A DNA stretch of 64,000 nucleotides from Chloroflexota bacterium (GTDB lineage: Bacteria; Chloroflexota; UBA11872), in contig CBDBOH010000003.1 of NCBI GenBank assembly GCA_965208215.1, positions 1,338,129 through 1,402,128 of the forward strand. Reading direction: 5' to 3'. Position numbers and translations under genes: made by a program. Positions within the stretch are counted from its first letter, which is position 1, and every line of letters starts with the position of its first letter. The notes beneath the pieces are model-generated. The model did no database searches. It was not told the DNA's origin and saw only the letters and a list, made by a program, of their open reading frames with translations. This document shows, in pieces, positions 40,553-49,465 of the stretch.

Positions 40553-41548
40553 TTGGCATTCTCGGGAATCGGCTGTTCTGTAGCGACCGCAGCAGGGCAT
40601 AGCGTGCACGGCAAGGTTGTGCAGACACCCGCCCACCAACGCACGCTCTTTCCGCCAGTCGCGCGCTCAAGAGCCGAAGTCGGTTCGTGGCAGCCATACC
40701 TCCGCGTTGACGATCTGAGCCGCGCGCCCTTTGAAGCCATCAGCCGACCACTATTGTTCTGCGGGGACGCCCACGCAGGGCTGGCCTTACTACCTGATGA
40801 GTCGGTGCAGACCGTCTTGACCTCGCCGCCCTACTGGTCACTCAGAGACTACGAGGTCGAGGACCAGATCGGCCGTGACGAAAGCCTCGACGCCTATCTG
40901 GACGCCGTTGTGGCTGTCTTTGAGCAGATCCGCCGGGTTCTGCGATCCGACGGGACGGTATGGCTGAATGTCGGCGATTCATACACGTCCGGCAATCGCG
41001 GGTACCGCGCTCCCGATCGAAAGAACAGCGCCCGCGCGATGAGCGTGCGTCCGCCCACCCCCGAGGGCTTGAAGCCAAAGGACCTGATCGGCGTTCCTTG
41101 GCGTCTGGCCTTCGCGCTTCAGGACGCGGGGTGGTGGCTCCGAAGCGAGGTGATCTGGCACAAGCCGAATGCGCATCCGGAATCGGTGGGCGATCGCCCG
41201 ACCAAGGCGCACGAAACGCTGTTTCTGCTGTCGAAGCAGCAGGACTACTACTACGACCAGGAAGCCGTCAAAGGCCCGCATGACCGTCGCCTTCGGACAG
41301 TCTGGGACATCCCTACGGAGCCGCTTCGGCGAACAAACGGCAGTGCCGACGATCACCCGGCCATGATGCCGATGTCCCTGGCGCGTCGCTGCCTGTCGAT
41401 CACCAGCAGGCGCAACAGCGTTGTGCTGGATCCGTATGCCGGGTCGGGCACGACGCTCCTTGCCGCCCGCGAGCTCGAATGCGCCTGGGTAGGCATCGAG
41501 ATCAAGCCGGGTTTCGTGGATCTGATCGAGCGACGGATGCGTGGGTAG
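40553..41548 (+). CDS. Site-specific DNA methyltransferase, beta class (amino-methyltransferase, likely N4-cytosine)
   Basis: Motif IV TSPPYW precedes motif I DPYAGSGTTLLAA (permuted beta order). SPPY is the form typical of m4C enzymes. Start is uncertain; there is a long N-terminal lead-in. Confidence 0.8.
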   Translation: MAFSGIGCSVATAAGHSVHGKVVQTPAHQRTLFPPVARSRAEVGSWQPYLRVDDLSRAPFEAISRPLLFCGDAHAGLALLPDESVQTVLTSPPYWSLRDYEVEDQIGRDESLDAYLDAVVAVFEQIRRVLRSDGTVWLNVGDSYTSGNRGYRAPDRKNSARAMSVRPPTPEGLKPKDLIGVPWRLAFALQDAGWWLRSEVIWHKPNAHPESVGDRPTKAHETLFLLSKQQDYYYDQEAVKGPHDRRLRTVWDIPTEPLRRTNGSADDHPAMMPMSLARRCLSITSRRNSVVLDPYAGSGTTLLAARELECAWVGIEIKPGFVDLIERRMRG

Positions 41549-42303
41549 TGACCCTCGCAGAACTCAAGGCGAAACTCGACACTTTTTCACCAGTCAAGAT
41601 CGAGTTCGTTGCCAGGGTCATGGATTCTCTGGCCAATCCGCCCAGCGCCGAGATCAAGCAGCAGGGCACATGGCTTACGGGATCCGAGGAGTGGATCGAG
41701 TACTTCGGCCTCGCCCTGTCGGTCCACCACAGCGCCACAACTGAACCTCTGGGTCTGTCCGCGTTCGAAACCGTTTTCAGGAACGCTTGCGACCACCTCG
41801 ATTGGCTGATCGACCCTCCAGGATCCAAGACTCAGCGGTTCGTTGACTTGACCGTGCAGCCGGGCGCCGAACCCGAACGGCGGCTTTCCCTCAAGTCGAC
41901 GGCCGCGCGGAATCTCTCGAAGACGTCACTGCACATTTCGAAACTCACCGAAGCTGCCTGGATACAGGACGCGCGTACGGCTCGAGACCGTCGCAACCTC
42001 ACACAGGAGTTATTTCGGCAATACCAGGCGGCGGTCACGCACATCGTCATGCTGCGAGCGTTCCGAGAGGGGCCTCACGAAGTGCCAAGCCTCTACCAAC
42101 TCGTCGAAGTCCCGGCCAGCATCTTCGACTCAGTCCAGACCGCACGTTTGGACGTTTTCTCGCGGGACGCACCGCTTATTGAGTGCCAAGCCGAAGGCAA
42201 TGCGGTGGCGGTTGTTGCCGTCGATAGGTCAGACGCAAAGATCACAGTCAGGCGGGTCCAACTCTCCGCTTGCACCGTCCACGCCGAGTGGAGTCGAGCC
42301 TAG
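41548..42303 (+). CDS. Hypothetical protein; candidate cognate restriction endonuclease
   Basis: GTG at 41548 shares a nucleotide with the methyltransferase stop (TAGTG). ~58% GC versus ~69% in flanking DNA. No recognised nuclease motif. Confidence 0.4.
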   Translation: MTLAELKAKLDTFSPVKIEFVARVMDSLANPPSAEIKQQGTWLTGSEEWIEYFGLALSVHHSATTEPLGLSAFETVFRNACDHLDWLIDPPGSKTQRFVDLTVQPGAEPERRLSLKSTAARNLSKTSLHISKLTEAAWIQDARTARDRRNLTQELFRQYQAAVTHIVMLRAFREGPHEVPSLYQLVEVPASIFDSVQTARLDVFSRDAPLIECQAEGNAVAVVAVDRSDAKITVRRVQLSACTVHAEWSRA

Positions 42304-42347
42304 GCGAGAGACCGAGTACGACGGTCTGCCCGTCCGAAAGTCGCTAG

Positions 42348-43814
42348 CTAAACCGCCGCTCCATACACCCCCGCCGCATTCCCCTCCCGCGGCGTCCCCG
42401 GCACCATCGGCCCATGCGGCCGCCCCGCAATCAGCCGCGATCCGTCCGTAAATCCCTCCGGGCGGTCCCTCAGCCGCTCGATCAGCCGCTCCCGCCACGG
42501 TCTCAGGTCCGCCGTCCCCGCCAGGTCCCGCGTCTCATCCGGATCCTCGGCAATATCAAAAAGCTGCTCCCGACCCGACTGGCTGTACCAGATGTACTTG
42601 GTGCGGCCGTCCGTGATGAAGTGCCACGCCGTCTCCGGCCGGTTTTTCCCGCCCGAGTGCTCCCCGTGCAGCGTCTCCCGCCAGCTTGGCGTCTCCCCGC
42701 GTACGAACGGCATCAGGCTCCGACCCGTCACCGACTCCGGAACCTCCAGCCCCACCCCGTCCAGGATCGTCGGCATCACGTCCTGCAGGCCCACCGGCTC
42801 GTCGCGGACCACGTGCGTCGGATAGTCCCCCGAGGGCGGGCCCAACACCAGCAGCGGCACCCGCGCCGCCGCCTCGTACGGCCACGACTTGTGAAACAGC
42901 CGGTGATCCCCAAGCATCTCGCCGTGGTCCGACACGAACACCACCAGCGTGTCGTCCAGCAGTTGCATGTCGTTCATGTACTGCAACAGCCGGCTGATCT
43001 GCATGTCCACGTGGTTGATCAGCCCGTAATACCCCGCCCGGCAGGCGTGCATCACCCGTGCGTCCAGCTCCAGCCCCTGCGAGCGCGCCTCCTGCATCTC
43101 GATGTCGATCCCCCGCGTCGGCGCCTCCACCGGGTCCGCCCAATCCCCGATCACCGGGTTCGGCAGGTCCCGCCAGTGGTACCGGTCGTAGTAGAACCGC
43201 GGCGGCGTAAACGGCGGATGCGGATCAATGAACGACACCTTCAGAAAGAACGGCGCGCTCGCATCCCGCCGCTGCAGGAAGTTGATGGCCTCGGACACGC
43301 ACCAGAACGCGTGCGTCCGCTCCTCCGGCAGGTAGCTCGGGCGCCCGATCCACCCGTTCGGCGTCGCCCCGTGCGCCATCGCCCAGCGATTGAGCGGGAT
43401 CTCCCCGTGCAGCCAGTCCAGGTAATCGTTCCCGCCGCCCCGCGTGCTGTCCGCCAGCGACATCCGGTCAAACCCGTAGCGCTTCCGCTTCGGCGCCAGG
43501 TGCAGCTTGCCGCTCAGCCACGTCTCGTATCCGGCTGACCGCAGCTCGCCCGCCAGCGTCGCCGGCGGGTCCCACGCGGTATCCGGGTGGTTTTGCAGCA
43601 TCCCGTGCGTGGCCGGATCCTGGCCCGACATCAGCGTCCGCCGCGCGGGAATGCACTGCGGACACTCCGCGTAGGCGCGACGGAACCTCGCCCCCGTCGC
43701 CCCGATCTCGTCCATTACCGGCGTCTGCAACACCGGATGGTCCTCGATCCCCAGGCAATCGCCGCGCTGCTGGTCCGTCACCAGCAGCAGCACGTGCGGT
43801 CGCTGGGCGCTCAT
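42348..43814 (-). CDS. Sulfatase (formylglycine-dependent)
   Basis: Signature CPQCIPARRTLMSG (C-x-P-x-R) and N-terminal VLLLVTDQQRGD metal-binding block. Confidence 0.85.
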   Translation of the reverse strand: MSAQRPHVLLLVTDQQRGDCLGIEDHPVLQTPVMDEIGATGARFRRAYAECPQCIPARRTLMSGQDPATHGMLQNHPDTAWDPPATLAGELRSAGYETWLSGKLHLAPKRKRYGFDRMSLADSTRGGGNDYLDWLHGEIPLNRWAMAHGATPNGWIGRPSYLPEERTHAFWCVSEAINFLQRRDASAPFFLKVSFIDPHPPFTPPRFYYDRYHWRDLPNPVIGDWADPVEAPTRGIDIEMQEARSQGLELDARVMHACRAGYYGLINHVDMQISRLLQYMNDMQLLDDTLVVFVSDHGEMLGDHRLFHKSWPYEAAARVPLLVLGPPSGDYPTHVVRDEPVGLQDVMPTILDGVGLEVPESVTGRSLMPFVRGETPSWRETLHGEHSGGKNRPETAWHFITDGRTKYIWYSQSGREQLFDIAEDPDETRDLAGTADLRPWRERLIERLRDRPEGFTDGSRLIAGRPHGPMVPGTPREGNAAGVYGAAV

Positions 43815-43821
43815 GCCTGGC

Positions 43822-44865
43822 TCAGGTCCAATCGATCATGATCTTGCCGGTCGTCGCCGAGTCCGCCAGCCTGAAGGCCTCTATCGCCTCGCCGATCCGA
43901 ATCCGCTTCGCGATCACGTCCTTCACCGGCAGCTTGTGACGCCGCAGGAAGTCCAGCAGGTCTTCCCACTCGTACAGCTTGAAGATCCACGAACCCGTCA
44001 GCGTGATCTCGCGCGCGTTCAGCGGGGCGCTCAGCTTGTAGACGGTCTCCTCGCCGATCCCCACTTCTACGAAGATGCCGTGTGGCCGCAGCCCTTCCAG
44101 CGCCGCCGTGCGCGCCGGCGTAAAGCCTGACGTGTCGATGGCCGCGTGCACGCCATCGCCGCCCCCGAACTCCCGCATGGCCTCCACCGGGTCGGTCTCC
44201 GCCGCATTGCACGTCGCGTCGATCCCCAGCTGCTCCGCCATCTCGATCCGGCTCGGCTGTACGTCGATCCCCAGCACCGAGGCCCCCATCGCCCGCGCAA
44301 ACATCACCGTGTAGAGCCCCACCGGGCCCAACCCACTCACCGCCAGCGTCATGTCGCCCGACGCCTTCGCCTTGCGCACCGCTCCGAACGCCGTGCCCAG
44401 GTTGCACGCCAGCAGCGCGCCGTCCTCATAGTCAAAGTCGTCCGGCAGCGGCAGCGTGCTGCGCGCCGGCACCACCACGTAGTCGGCGTTCACCCCGTCG
44501 CGCACCCAGTTGAACCCCTGCATGTCGCGACAGAACCCCGGCTCCCCGCGCCGGCAGTGCTCGCAGTGCCCGCAGCCGATCAGGTGATAAATCACCACCC
44601 GGTCACCCACCGCCGGATGCGTAACCCCGGGACCCACCGCGTCCACCACCCCGGCCCCTTCGTGCCCCAGCGTCAGCTTGCTGTAACCGTGCTCGTCCCG
44701 TTCGGCCTGGGGCTGCCGGTACTTATGCAGGTCGCTCCCGCAAATCGCCGACCCCATGATTCGAATCCGCACGTCGTCCGGCCCCGGCTCCGAAACCGGC
44801 TTCGTCGTCAACTCCACCGTCCGATCGCCGGGACAGATAAGGCACTGCATGCGGTCTGAGGTCAT
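43822..44865 (-). CDS. Zinc-dependent medium-chain alcohol dehydrogenase
   Basis: Zn ligands GHEGAGVV, structural zinc CGHCEHCRRG, and a Rossmann GLGPVG. Ends 7 nt upstream of the sulfatase start. Confidence 0.85.
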   Translation of the reverse strand: MTSDRMQCLICPGDRTVELTTKPVSEPGPDDVRIRIMGSAICGSDLHKYRQPQAERDEHGYSKLTLGHEGAGVVDAVGPGVTHPAVGDRVVIYHLIGCGHCEHCRRGEPGFCRDMQGFNWVRDGVNADYVVVPARSTLPLPDDFDYEDGALLACNLGTAFGAVRKAKASGDMTLAVSGLGPVGLYTVMFARAMGASVLGIDVQPSRIEMAEQLGIDATCNAAETDPVEAMREFGGGDGVHAAIDTSGFTPARTAALEGLRPHGIFVEVGIGEETVYKLSAPLNAREITLTGSWIFKLYEWEDLLDFLRRHKLPVKDVIAKRIRIGEAIEAFRLADSATTGKIMIDWT

Positions 44866-44966
44866 CGGGGCGTCACTTCCTGCTCCCTCCAGCCCGTGAA
44901 CCTAACGCCCCCCACCCCGCCCCGTAAACTCTCAGGCCGCTTCAGACCTGATGCAGGAGGCGCGCC

Positions 44967-45779
44967 GTGCCCCCCTTCGCTGAACTCAAAGACCGCGTCG
45001 CCATCGTCACCGGCGCCGCCCAGGGCATCGGCTGCAGCACCGCCGTTACCCTTGCTAGCCACGGCATGCCCGTCGTCCTCGCCGACCTCAACGACGACCG
45101 CGGCCAGCGCGTTGCGTCTGAGATCACAGCCGCCGGCGGCCGCGCCGCCTACGTCCACGCCGACGTCGGCACGATGGCCGGCTGCGAAGAAATGGTCCAA
45201 ACCGCCCTCCACCGCTTCGGCGGCGTCTACGCCCTCGTCAACAACGCCCGCTGGCACCCCCACGACAAGCTCGTGGACGTCACCGAGGCCGACTGGGACC
45301 GCAGCCAGGACGTGCTCATCAAGTCCCACTTCATGGCCTGCAAGCTCGCCATACCCCACATGATCGCCGGCGGCGGCGGCTCCATCGTCGGCATCTCGTC
45401 TGCCCACGCCATCCAGGTCAACTCCATTGAGGGCCCCTACGAAGCCGCCAAGGCCGCCATCAACGCCCTCATGCGCAACGTCGCCGTCGCCTATGGCGAA
45501 CACGGCATCCGCGCCAACAGCATCTTGCCCGGCGGCATCATGACCGACGTCAAATACGAAGCCGCCGCCCTTGATCCCACTCCCGAGCTCGACGCCCGTC
45601 AGGCCCTCCAGAACCCCGTCCGCCGCCGCGGCGACGCCCAGGACATCGCCAACGCCGTCCTCTTCCTCGTCTCCGACCTCGCCGGCTTCGTCACCGGCGA
45701 ATCCCTCGTCGTCGACGGCGGCATGTCCATCGAACTCCCCGGCTCCATCGCCAGCCGCATCACGGGCCTTGACATCTGA
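44967..45779 (+). CDS. SDR-family oxidoreductase
   Basis: VAIVTGAAQGIGCSTA, NNAR, and YEAAK catalytic motif. Confidence 0.85.
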   Translation: MPPFAELKDRVAIVTGAAQGIGCSTAVTLASHGMPVVLADLNDDRGQRVASEITAAGGRAAYVHADVGTMAGCEEMVQTALHRFGGVYALVNNARWHPHDKLVDVTEADWDRSQDVLIKSHFMACKLAIPHMIAGGGGSIVGISSAHAIQVNSIEGPYEAAKAAINALMRNVAVAYGEHGIRANSILPGGIMTDVKYEAAALDPTPELDARQALQNPVRRRGDAQDIANAVLFLVSDLAGFVTGESLVVDGGMSIELPGSIASRITGLDI

Positions 45780-45881
45780 CGGCGGCCCTTCAGTTTGAGA
45801 GTCAGCGCGAGGCCGTAATGGCCGCCGGGCCAGTCGCGGGATGCCCTTGACTTAGTAACGTGCCGCGCAACCTGCGGATCC

Positions 45882-45889
45882 TGTAGAAT
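45882..45889 (+). promoter_or_regulatory. Extended -10 promoter element TGTAGAAT
   Basis: TGn-TAGAAT ends 6-7 nt before the first base of the conserved leader (CAGTCGGG at 45896). Confidence 0.5.
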
Positions 45890-45895
45890 TATTTA

Positions 45896-46155
45896 CAGTC
45901 GGGTTTGCGAACGGCAATGCCGGACGGGTCGCAAAAGGACCGCCGGCAAATGATGGTCACGGGCCTGGGGTGAGGGTTGCGATGCCCCGGCAGCGCCCCG
46001 CGCAGGCGGGCCGCGGCTCCAGCCCGGGCTAGTGGGCGGGCCGCGAATCGCGAGATCTGCATCGTGGCTTGGTCCACCGCTGACGTCGAAATGGAAGCGG
46101 CGTCATACAAGCGCGCCCCGCGCGCAAGCCGGAGCGCAGAATCGGAGAGCCCGCT
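45896..46155 (+). ncRNA. Conserved ~260-nt 5' leader of paralog A (candidate cis-regulatory RNA)
   Basis: ~93% identical to the copy-2 leader although upstream DNA has diverged. GC-rich with hairpin-prone segments (GGGGTGAGGGTTGCGATGCCCCGG). Confidence 0.4.
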
Positions 46156-46797
46156 GTGAGATGGATCAGAACAATTGCCGTCGGACTGGCCGTGGCCCTC
46201 ACGGCCATCGCGCTCAGCGTCGGCCTCGTCACGGCCGATGACTGCAATCAGCCGGCCCCTGATGACTTTCGGTCCGACGTGGCCTGGGATGGAACGGGGC
46301 TGCATCATCAACCACAAGACGTGCAGGACCTGTTCAGCAGGGTCTGGGGGACCGACGACGATCTTCATGTCCGCACCTGGGCCTGGCAGCACAACTGCCG
46401 AACGCAGCCGCGCGAAGCGGCGGGCGACCCGGCGCACGGGTCCTCGATAAGCGACGATCAGGACGCCGCTGGAGCCTTGGGCAGCCTGGCCGGCCCCCAG
46501 CGGCAGTCGCTTTCCGAATCGAGGGTCAACCTTGCGAATGTGACCACGGGCGGCCCCTGCCGCAGTTCATCCTGGCCAAATCCGGATCAGAGGGAGCTCA
46601 TCGCTGCGGGCGAGTGGTATTTCTGCAATGAGAGCACCGGTGAATGGGTCCTGCGCAAGCGCGCGAGACCGTCGATCGACTACGCCACGGACGATCAGTT
46701 GGTGGCGCCCGAGGTTGGCCACTGTACGTCAGGCTTCACGCACTATGACCCAATTGCCCGGACCTGCATCCTGTATCCGGATGGGCCTGACGTGTAA
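46156..46797 (+). CDS. Secreted Cys-containing hypothetical protein, paralog A
   Basis: Signal peptide MRWIRTIAVGLAVALTAIALSVGLVTA. N-terminal ~90 codons near-identical to paralog B. Variable acidic linker. C-terminal ~60-aa domain with 4 conserved Cys (FCN...HYDPI..TC..YPDGPDV). Confidence 0.65.
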   Translation: MRWIRTIAVGLAVALTAIALSVGLVTADDCNQPAPDDFRSDVAWDGTGLHHQPQDVQDLFSRVWGTDDDLHVRTWAWQHNCRTQPREAAGDPAHGSSISDDQDAAGALGSLAGPQRQSLSESRVNLANVTTGGPCRSSSWPNPDQRELIAAGEWYFCNESTGEWVLRKRARPSIDYATDDQLVAPEVGHCTSGFTHYDPIARTCILYPDGPDV

Positions 46798-46987
46798 AGC
46801 CGAATAAGGGCCGCGTCGCCGACCGCGCAGTGTCCATCGAACTCCCCGGCGCCATCGCCAGCCGCCTGACCGCCTCGACATCTAACGCCGGCCATTTGGT
46901 TGGCGAGGCCGTGCGAGTCCGGGGCGGCCACCAGGTCTGGCGCGCGCTGCCGGTGATGCAGGCACGCGCGGCGCAGGCTGCGGAGCG

Positions 46988-46995
46988 TGTAAAAT
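46988..46995 (+). promoter_or_regulatory. Extended -10 promoter element TGTAAAAT (copy 2)
   Basis: Same position relative to the conserved leader (CAGTCGGG at 47001), although the surrounding promoter-proximal sequence has diverged. Confidence 0.5.
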
Positions 46996-47000
46996 CATGC

Positions 47001-47262
47001 ACAGTCGGGTTTGCGAACGGCAATGCCGGACGTGTCTCAAAAGGACCGCCGGCGAAACGATGGCACCGGGTCTGGGGTGAGGGTTGCGATGCCCCGGCCG
47101 CGCCCCGCGCAGGCGGGCCGCGGCTCCAGCCCGGGCTAGTGGGCGGGCCGCGAATCGCGAGATCTGCATCGTGGCTTGGTCCACCGCTGACGTCGAAATG
47201 GAAGCGGCGTCATACAAACGCGCCCCGCCCAGAAGCCGGAGCGCAGATTCGGGGAGCCCGCT
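47001..47262 (+). ncRNA. Conserved ~260-nt 5' leader of paralog B
   Basis: See 45896-46155. Confidence 0.4.
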
Positions 47263-47904
47263 GTGAGATGGATCAGGACAATTGCCGTTGGGCTGGCCGC
47301 GGCCCTTACGGCCATCGCGCTTAGCGTCGGCCTCGTCACGGCCGATGACTGCAATCAGCCGGCCCCTGATGACTTTCGGTCCGACGTGGCCTGGGATGGC
47401 ACGGGGCTGCATCATCAACCACAAGACGTGCAGGACCTGTTCAGCAGGGTCTGGGGGACCGACGACGATCTTCATGTCCGCACCTGGGCCTGGCAGCACA
47501 ACTGCCGAACGCAGCCGCGCGAATCGGCGGGCGACCCGGCGGACGAGTCCACGACAACCGACGATCAGGACGCCGATGACGACTCAAGTGGCCAGTCGGG
47601 CGGCGGGCGCGAAAAGCGTCCCGAATCGGGAGTCAACATGGCGCACGTGGCCACTCGAAGTCCCTGCCACGGCCAGACTCGGCCAAACATAACCACGGAG
47701 GAGGTCATCCAGGACGGCGCGTGGATTTTCTGCAATGCGGAAACCCGCCAGTGGTTCAAAGCCAGGCGTGTGATCCCGGGAGTCGACTATGCCGCGGACC
47801 ACCAGCTGGTGGCGCCCGGGGTTGGCAACTGTGCGGACGGCCAAACGCACTACGATCCCATCAGCAAAACCTGCATGTTCTACCCGGATGGGCCCGACGT
47901 GTAA
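47263..47904 (+). CDS. Secreted Cys-containing hypothetical protein, paralog B
   Basis: Same architecture as paralog A. The central region (DDQDADDDSSGQSGGG) differs. Confidence 0.65.
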   Translation: MRWIRTIAVGLAAALTAIALSVGLVTADDCNQPAPDDFRSDVAWDGTGLHHQPQDVQDLFSRVWGTDDDLHVRTWAWQHNCRTQPRESAGDPADESTTTDDQDADDDSSGQSGGGREKRPESGVNMAHVATRSPCHGQTRPNITTEEVIQDGAWIFCNAETRQWFKARRVIPGVDYAADHQLVAPGVGNCADGQTHYDPISKTCMFYPDGPDV

Positions 47905-48039
47905 GGCTGACCAGGAACCTCGCCGCGTCCATCGCGAGGCACATGCCCGGCCTCGAGGTCTCGAGGTCGGGCCTCTCAGGTCAGACGCTTGAAGGCCGGA
48001 GGCGGACGAACGCCCCAAATGCTCGGTTGCGGAAACGCG

Positions 48040-48058
48040 GTGATATCATTGCTATCAC
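48040..48058. promoter_or_regulatory. Inverted repeat GTGATA-N7-TATCAC, 30 nt upstream of vapB
   Basis: Read from the sequence. Candidate VapB operator. Confidence 0.35.
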
Positions 48059-48087
48059 TGTATGACGTTTCTGGCGAAGGCTCTGTC

Positions 48088-48333
48088 ATGGCCAGCATCA
48101 TCGTGCGCAACCTCGACGAAGGGCTGAAACACCGCTTGCGCATCCGGGCGGCTGAGAACGGGCGGTCCATGGAGGAGGAAGTCCGCGACATCCTTCGAAC
48201 GGCGCTCAACAACCAGCCCGCGGCGCCGGAGAATCTGGCAAGCGCGATCCGCGCCCGGTTCGCGCCGTTGGGCGGCGTCGAACTGGACCTGCCGCCTCGC
48301 TCACCCATGCGCAAGCCGCCTCGATTCGACTGA
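48088..48333 (+). CDS. vapB: VapB/FitA-like ribbon-helix-helix antitoxin
   Basis: MASIIVRNLDEGLKHRLRIRAAENGRSMEEEVRDILRTAL is a typical RHH antitoxin N-terminus. ATG 48088. The longer track ORF starts at 47989. Confidence 0.7.
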   Translation: MASIIVRNLDEGLKHRLRIRAAENGRSMEEEVRDILRTALNNQPAAPENLASAIRARFAPLGGVELDLPPRSPMRKPPRFD

Positions 48334-48343
48334 CACGGCCGCG

Positions 48344-48766
48344 ATGATCGTCCTGGACACCAACGTCGTCTCGGAGTTGATGCGTCCCAATCCCAGTTCC
48401 CGCGTCATGCATTGGGTTGCCGCACAGTCGGTGCCACGGTTGTACCTCTCCACCGTTAGCGAAGGCGAGTTGCGCTACGGCGTGGAAATCCTCCCATCCG
48501 GTAATCGGCGAACCCTATTGCAGGACCAGATTGAAGGAATGCTCTCGGAAGACTTCGCCGGCCGCATCCTGCCCTTTGACCGCGCGGCGGCCCACGCCTA
48601 CGCCGCGATAGCCGCCGCCCGACGCGCTGCCGGGCGCCCGATCAACCACGCCCACTGCCAGATCGCGGCCATAGCTCGGTGCCGGGGAGCTTCAGTGGCA
48701 ACCAGGGACGTCGTCGGCTTCGAGGGAAGCGGCATCGACGTGATCGATCCTTGGACGGATCGCTGA
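48344..48766 (+). CDS. vapC: VapC-family PIN-domain toxin
   Basis: MIVLDTNVVSE (first acidic residue), further conserved D/E, and the C-terminal TRD motif. 140 aa, 10 nt after vapB. Confidence 0.85.
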   Translation: MIVLDTNVVSELMRPNPSSRVMHWVAAQSVPRLYLSTVSEGELRYGVEILPSGNRRTLLQDQIEGMLSEDFAGRILPFDRAAAHAYAAIAAARRAAGRPINHAHCQIAAIARCRGASVATRDVVGFEGSGIDVIDPWTDR

Positions 48767-48796
48767 ATTCGCCTGGGGCGATCACGGGAATCAACG

Positions 48797-49465
48797 ATGG
48801 AGACCTTTGACACCGAGTCCCTCACCCGGGAGTTCCGCTCCCGGGTCGACGCCCTGGCGTCACCCAGGGTGCCCCGCGTCCGGCCCATCCGCCGTGAATT
48901 CTCAAGAAGAGTCTCTTCCGCCCAACCGGAGCAGGTGCTCGAGCTGGCCGAGCGCCTGATCGACCTCGACCTGCGAATCTGGGCCTACGAAGTCGTCCAC
49001 TACCACCGCCCCACCCTCAGAACCCTGGACGCCGCCACCATCGAGTGCCTCGGCCAGGGCCTCGCCGACTGGGCCTCCGTCGATGTCTTCGGCGGCTATC
49101 TCGCCGGCCCCGCCTGGGTGAACCGGCAGATTACTGATCAGGACGTGCACCGCTGGGCCAGGTCCCCGGATCGCTGGTGGCGCCGCACCGCCCTCGTGGC
49201 CACCGTCGGCCTCAACACCAAGACCCGCGGCGGCTACGGCGATGCCCCCCGCACCCTCGTCGTATGCGAAATCCTGGCCGACGACCGCGATGACATGGTC
49301 GTCAAAGCCCTCTCCTGGGCCCTCCGCACCCTCGCCAACCACGACCCCACGGCCGTCCAACACTTCCTCACCACCAACCAGCACCGCCTCGCCGCTCGAG
49401 TCAAACGCGAAGTCCGCAACAAACTCACCACCGGCATCAAAAACCCACGCAAGACACCCGGCTGA
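48797..49465 (+). CDS. DNA alkylation repair enzyme-like (AlkD/AlkC-type HEAT-like repeat) protein
   Basis: 222 aa. Helical-repeat profile and conserved blocks (WWRRTALVATVGLN, VVKALSWALR) typical of the DNA_alkylation family. Confidence 0.7.
   Translation: METFDTESLTREFRSRVDALASPRVPRVRPIRREFSRRVSSAQPEQVLELAERLIDLDLRIWAYEVVHYHRPTLRTLDAATIECLGQGLADWASVDVFGGYLAGPAWVNRQITDQDVHRWARSPDRWWRRTALVATVGLNTKTRGGYGDAPRTLVVCEILADDRDDMVVKALSWALRTLANHDPTAVQHFLTTNQHRLAARVKREVRNKLTTGIKNPRKTPG

Larger units (their letters stand above)
45724..46830. repeat. Tandem duplication, unit 1 (1,107 bp)
   Basis: Unit 1 (45724-46830) and unit 2 (46831-~47910) each hold a relic of the SDR 3' end, a promoter, a ~260-nt conserved leader and a 213-aa secreted-protein gene. 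Confidence 0.85.
46831..47910. repeat. Tandem duplication, unit 2
   Basis: Begins with a degenerate copy of the SDR gene tail (GTCCATCGAACTCCCCGGCGCCATCGCCAGCCGC) and ends just after the paralog B stop. Confidence 0.85.

Noticed and set aside
45896-46155. Assigning the conserved leader to the c-di-AMP (ydaO), TPP or cobalamin riboswitch classes
   Set aside because: I could not find the characteristic conserved boxes of those classes by eye. I left it as an unclassified candidate.
45977-46159. 60-aa ORF inside the conserved leader (and its copy at 47084..47266)
   Set aside because: Arg/Ala-rich with no RBS. The conservation is better explained by the nucleotide-level leader than by a peptide.
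46440-47650. Diversity-generating retroelement as an explanation for the divergent central and C-terminal parts of the paralogs
   Set aside because: There is no reverse transcriptase, no template/variable repeat pair, and the substitutions are not adenine-specific.
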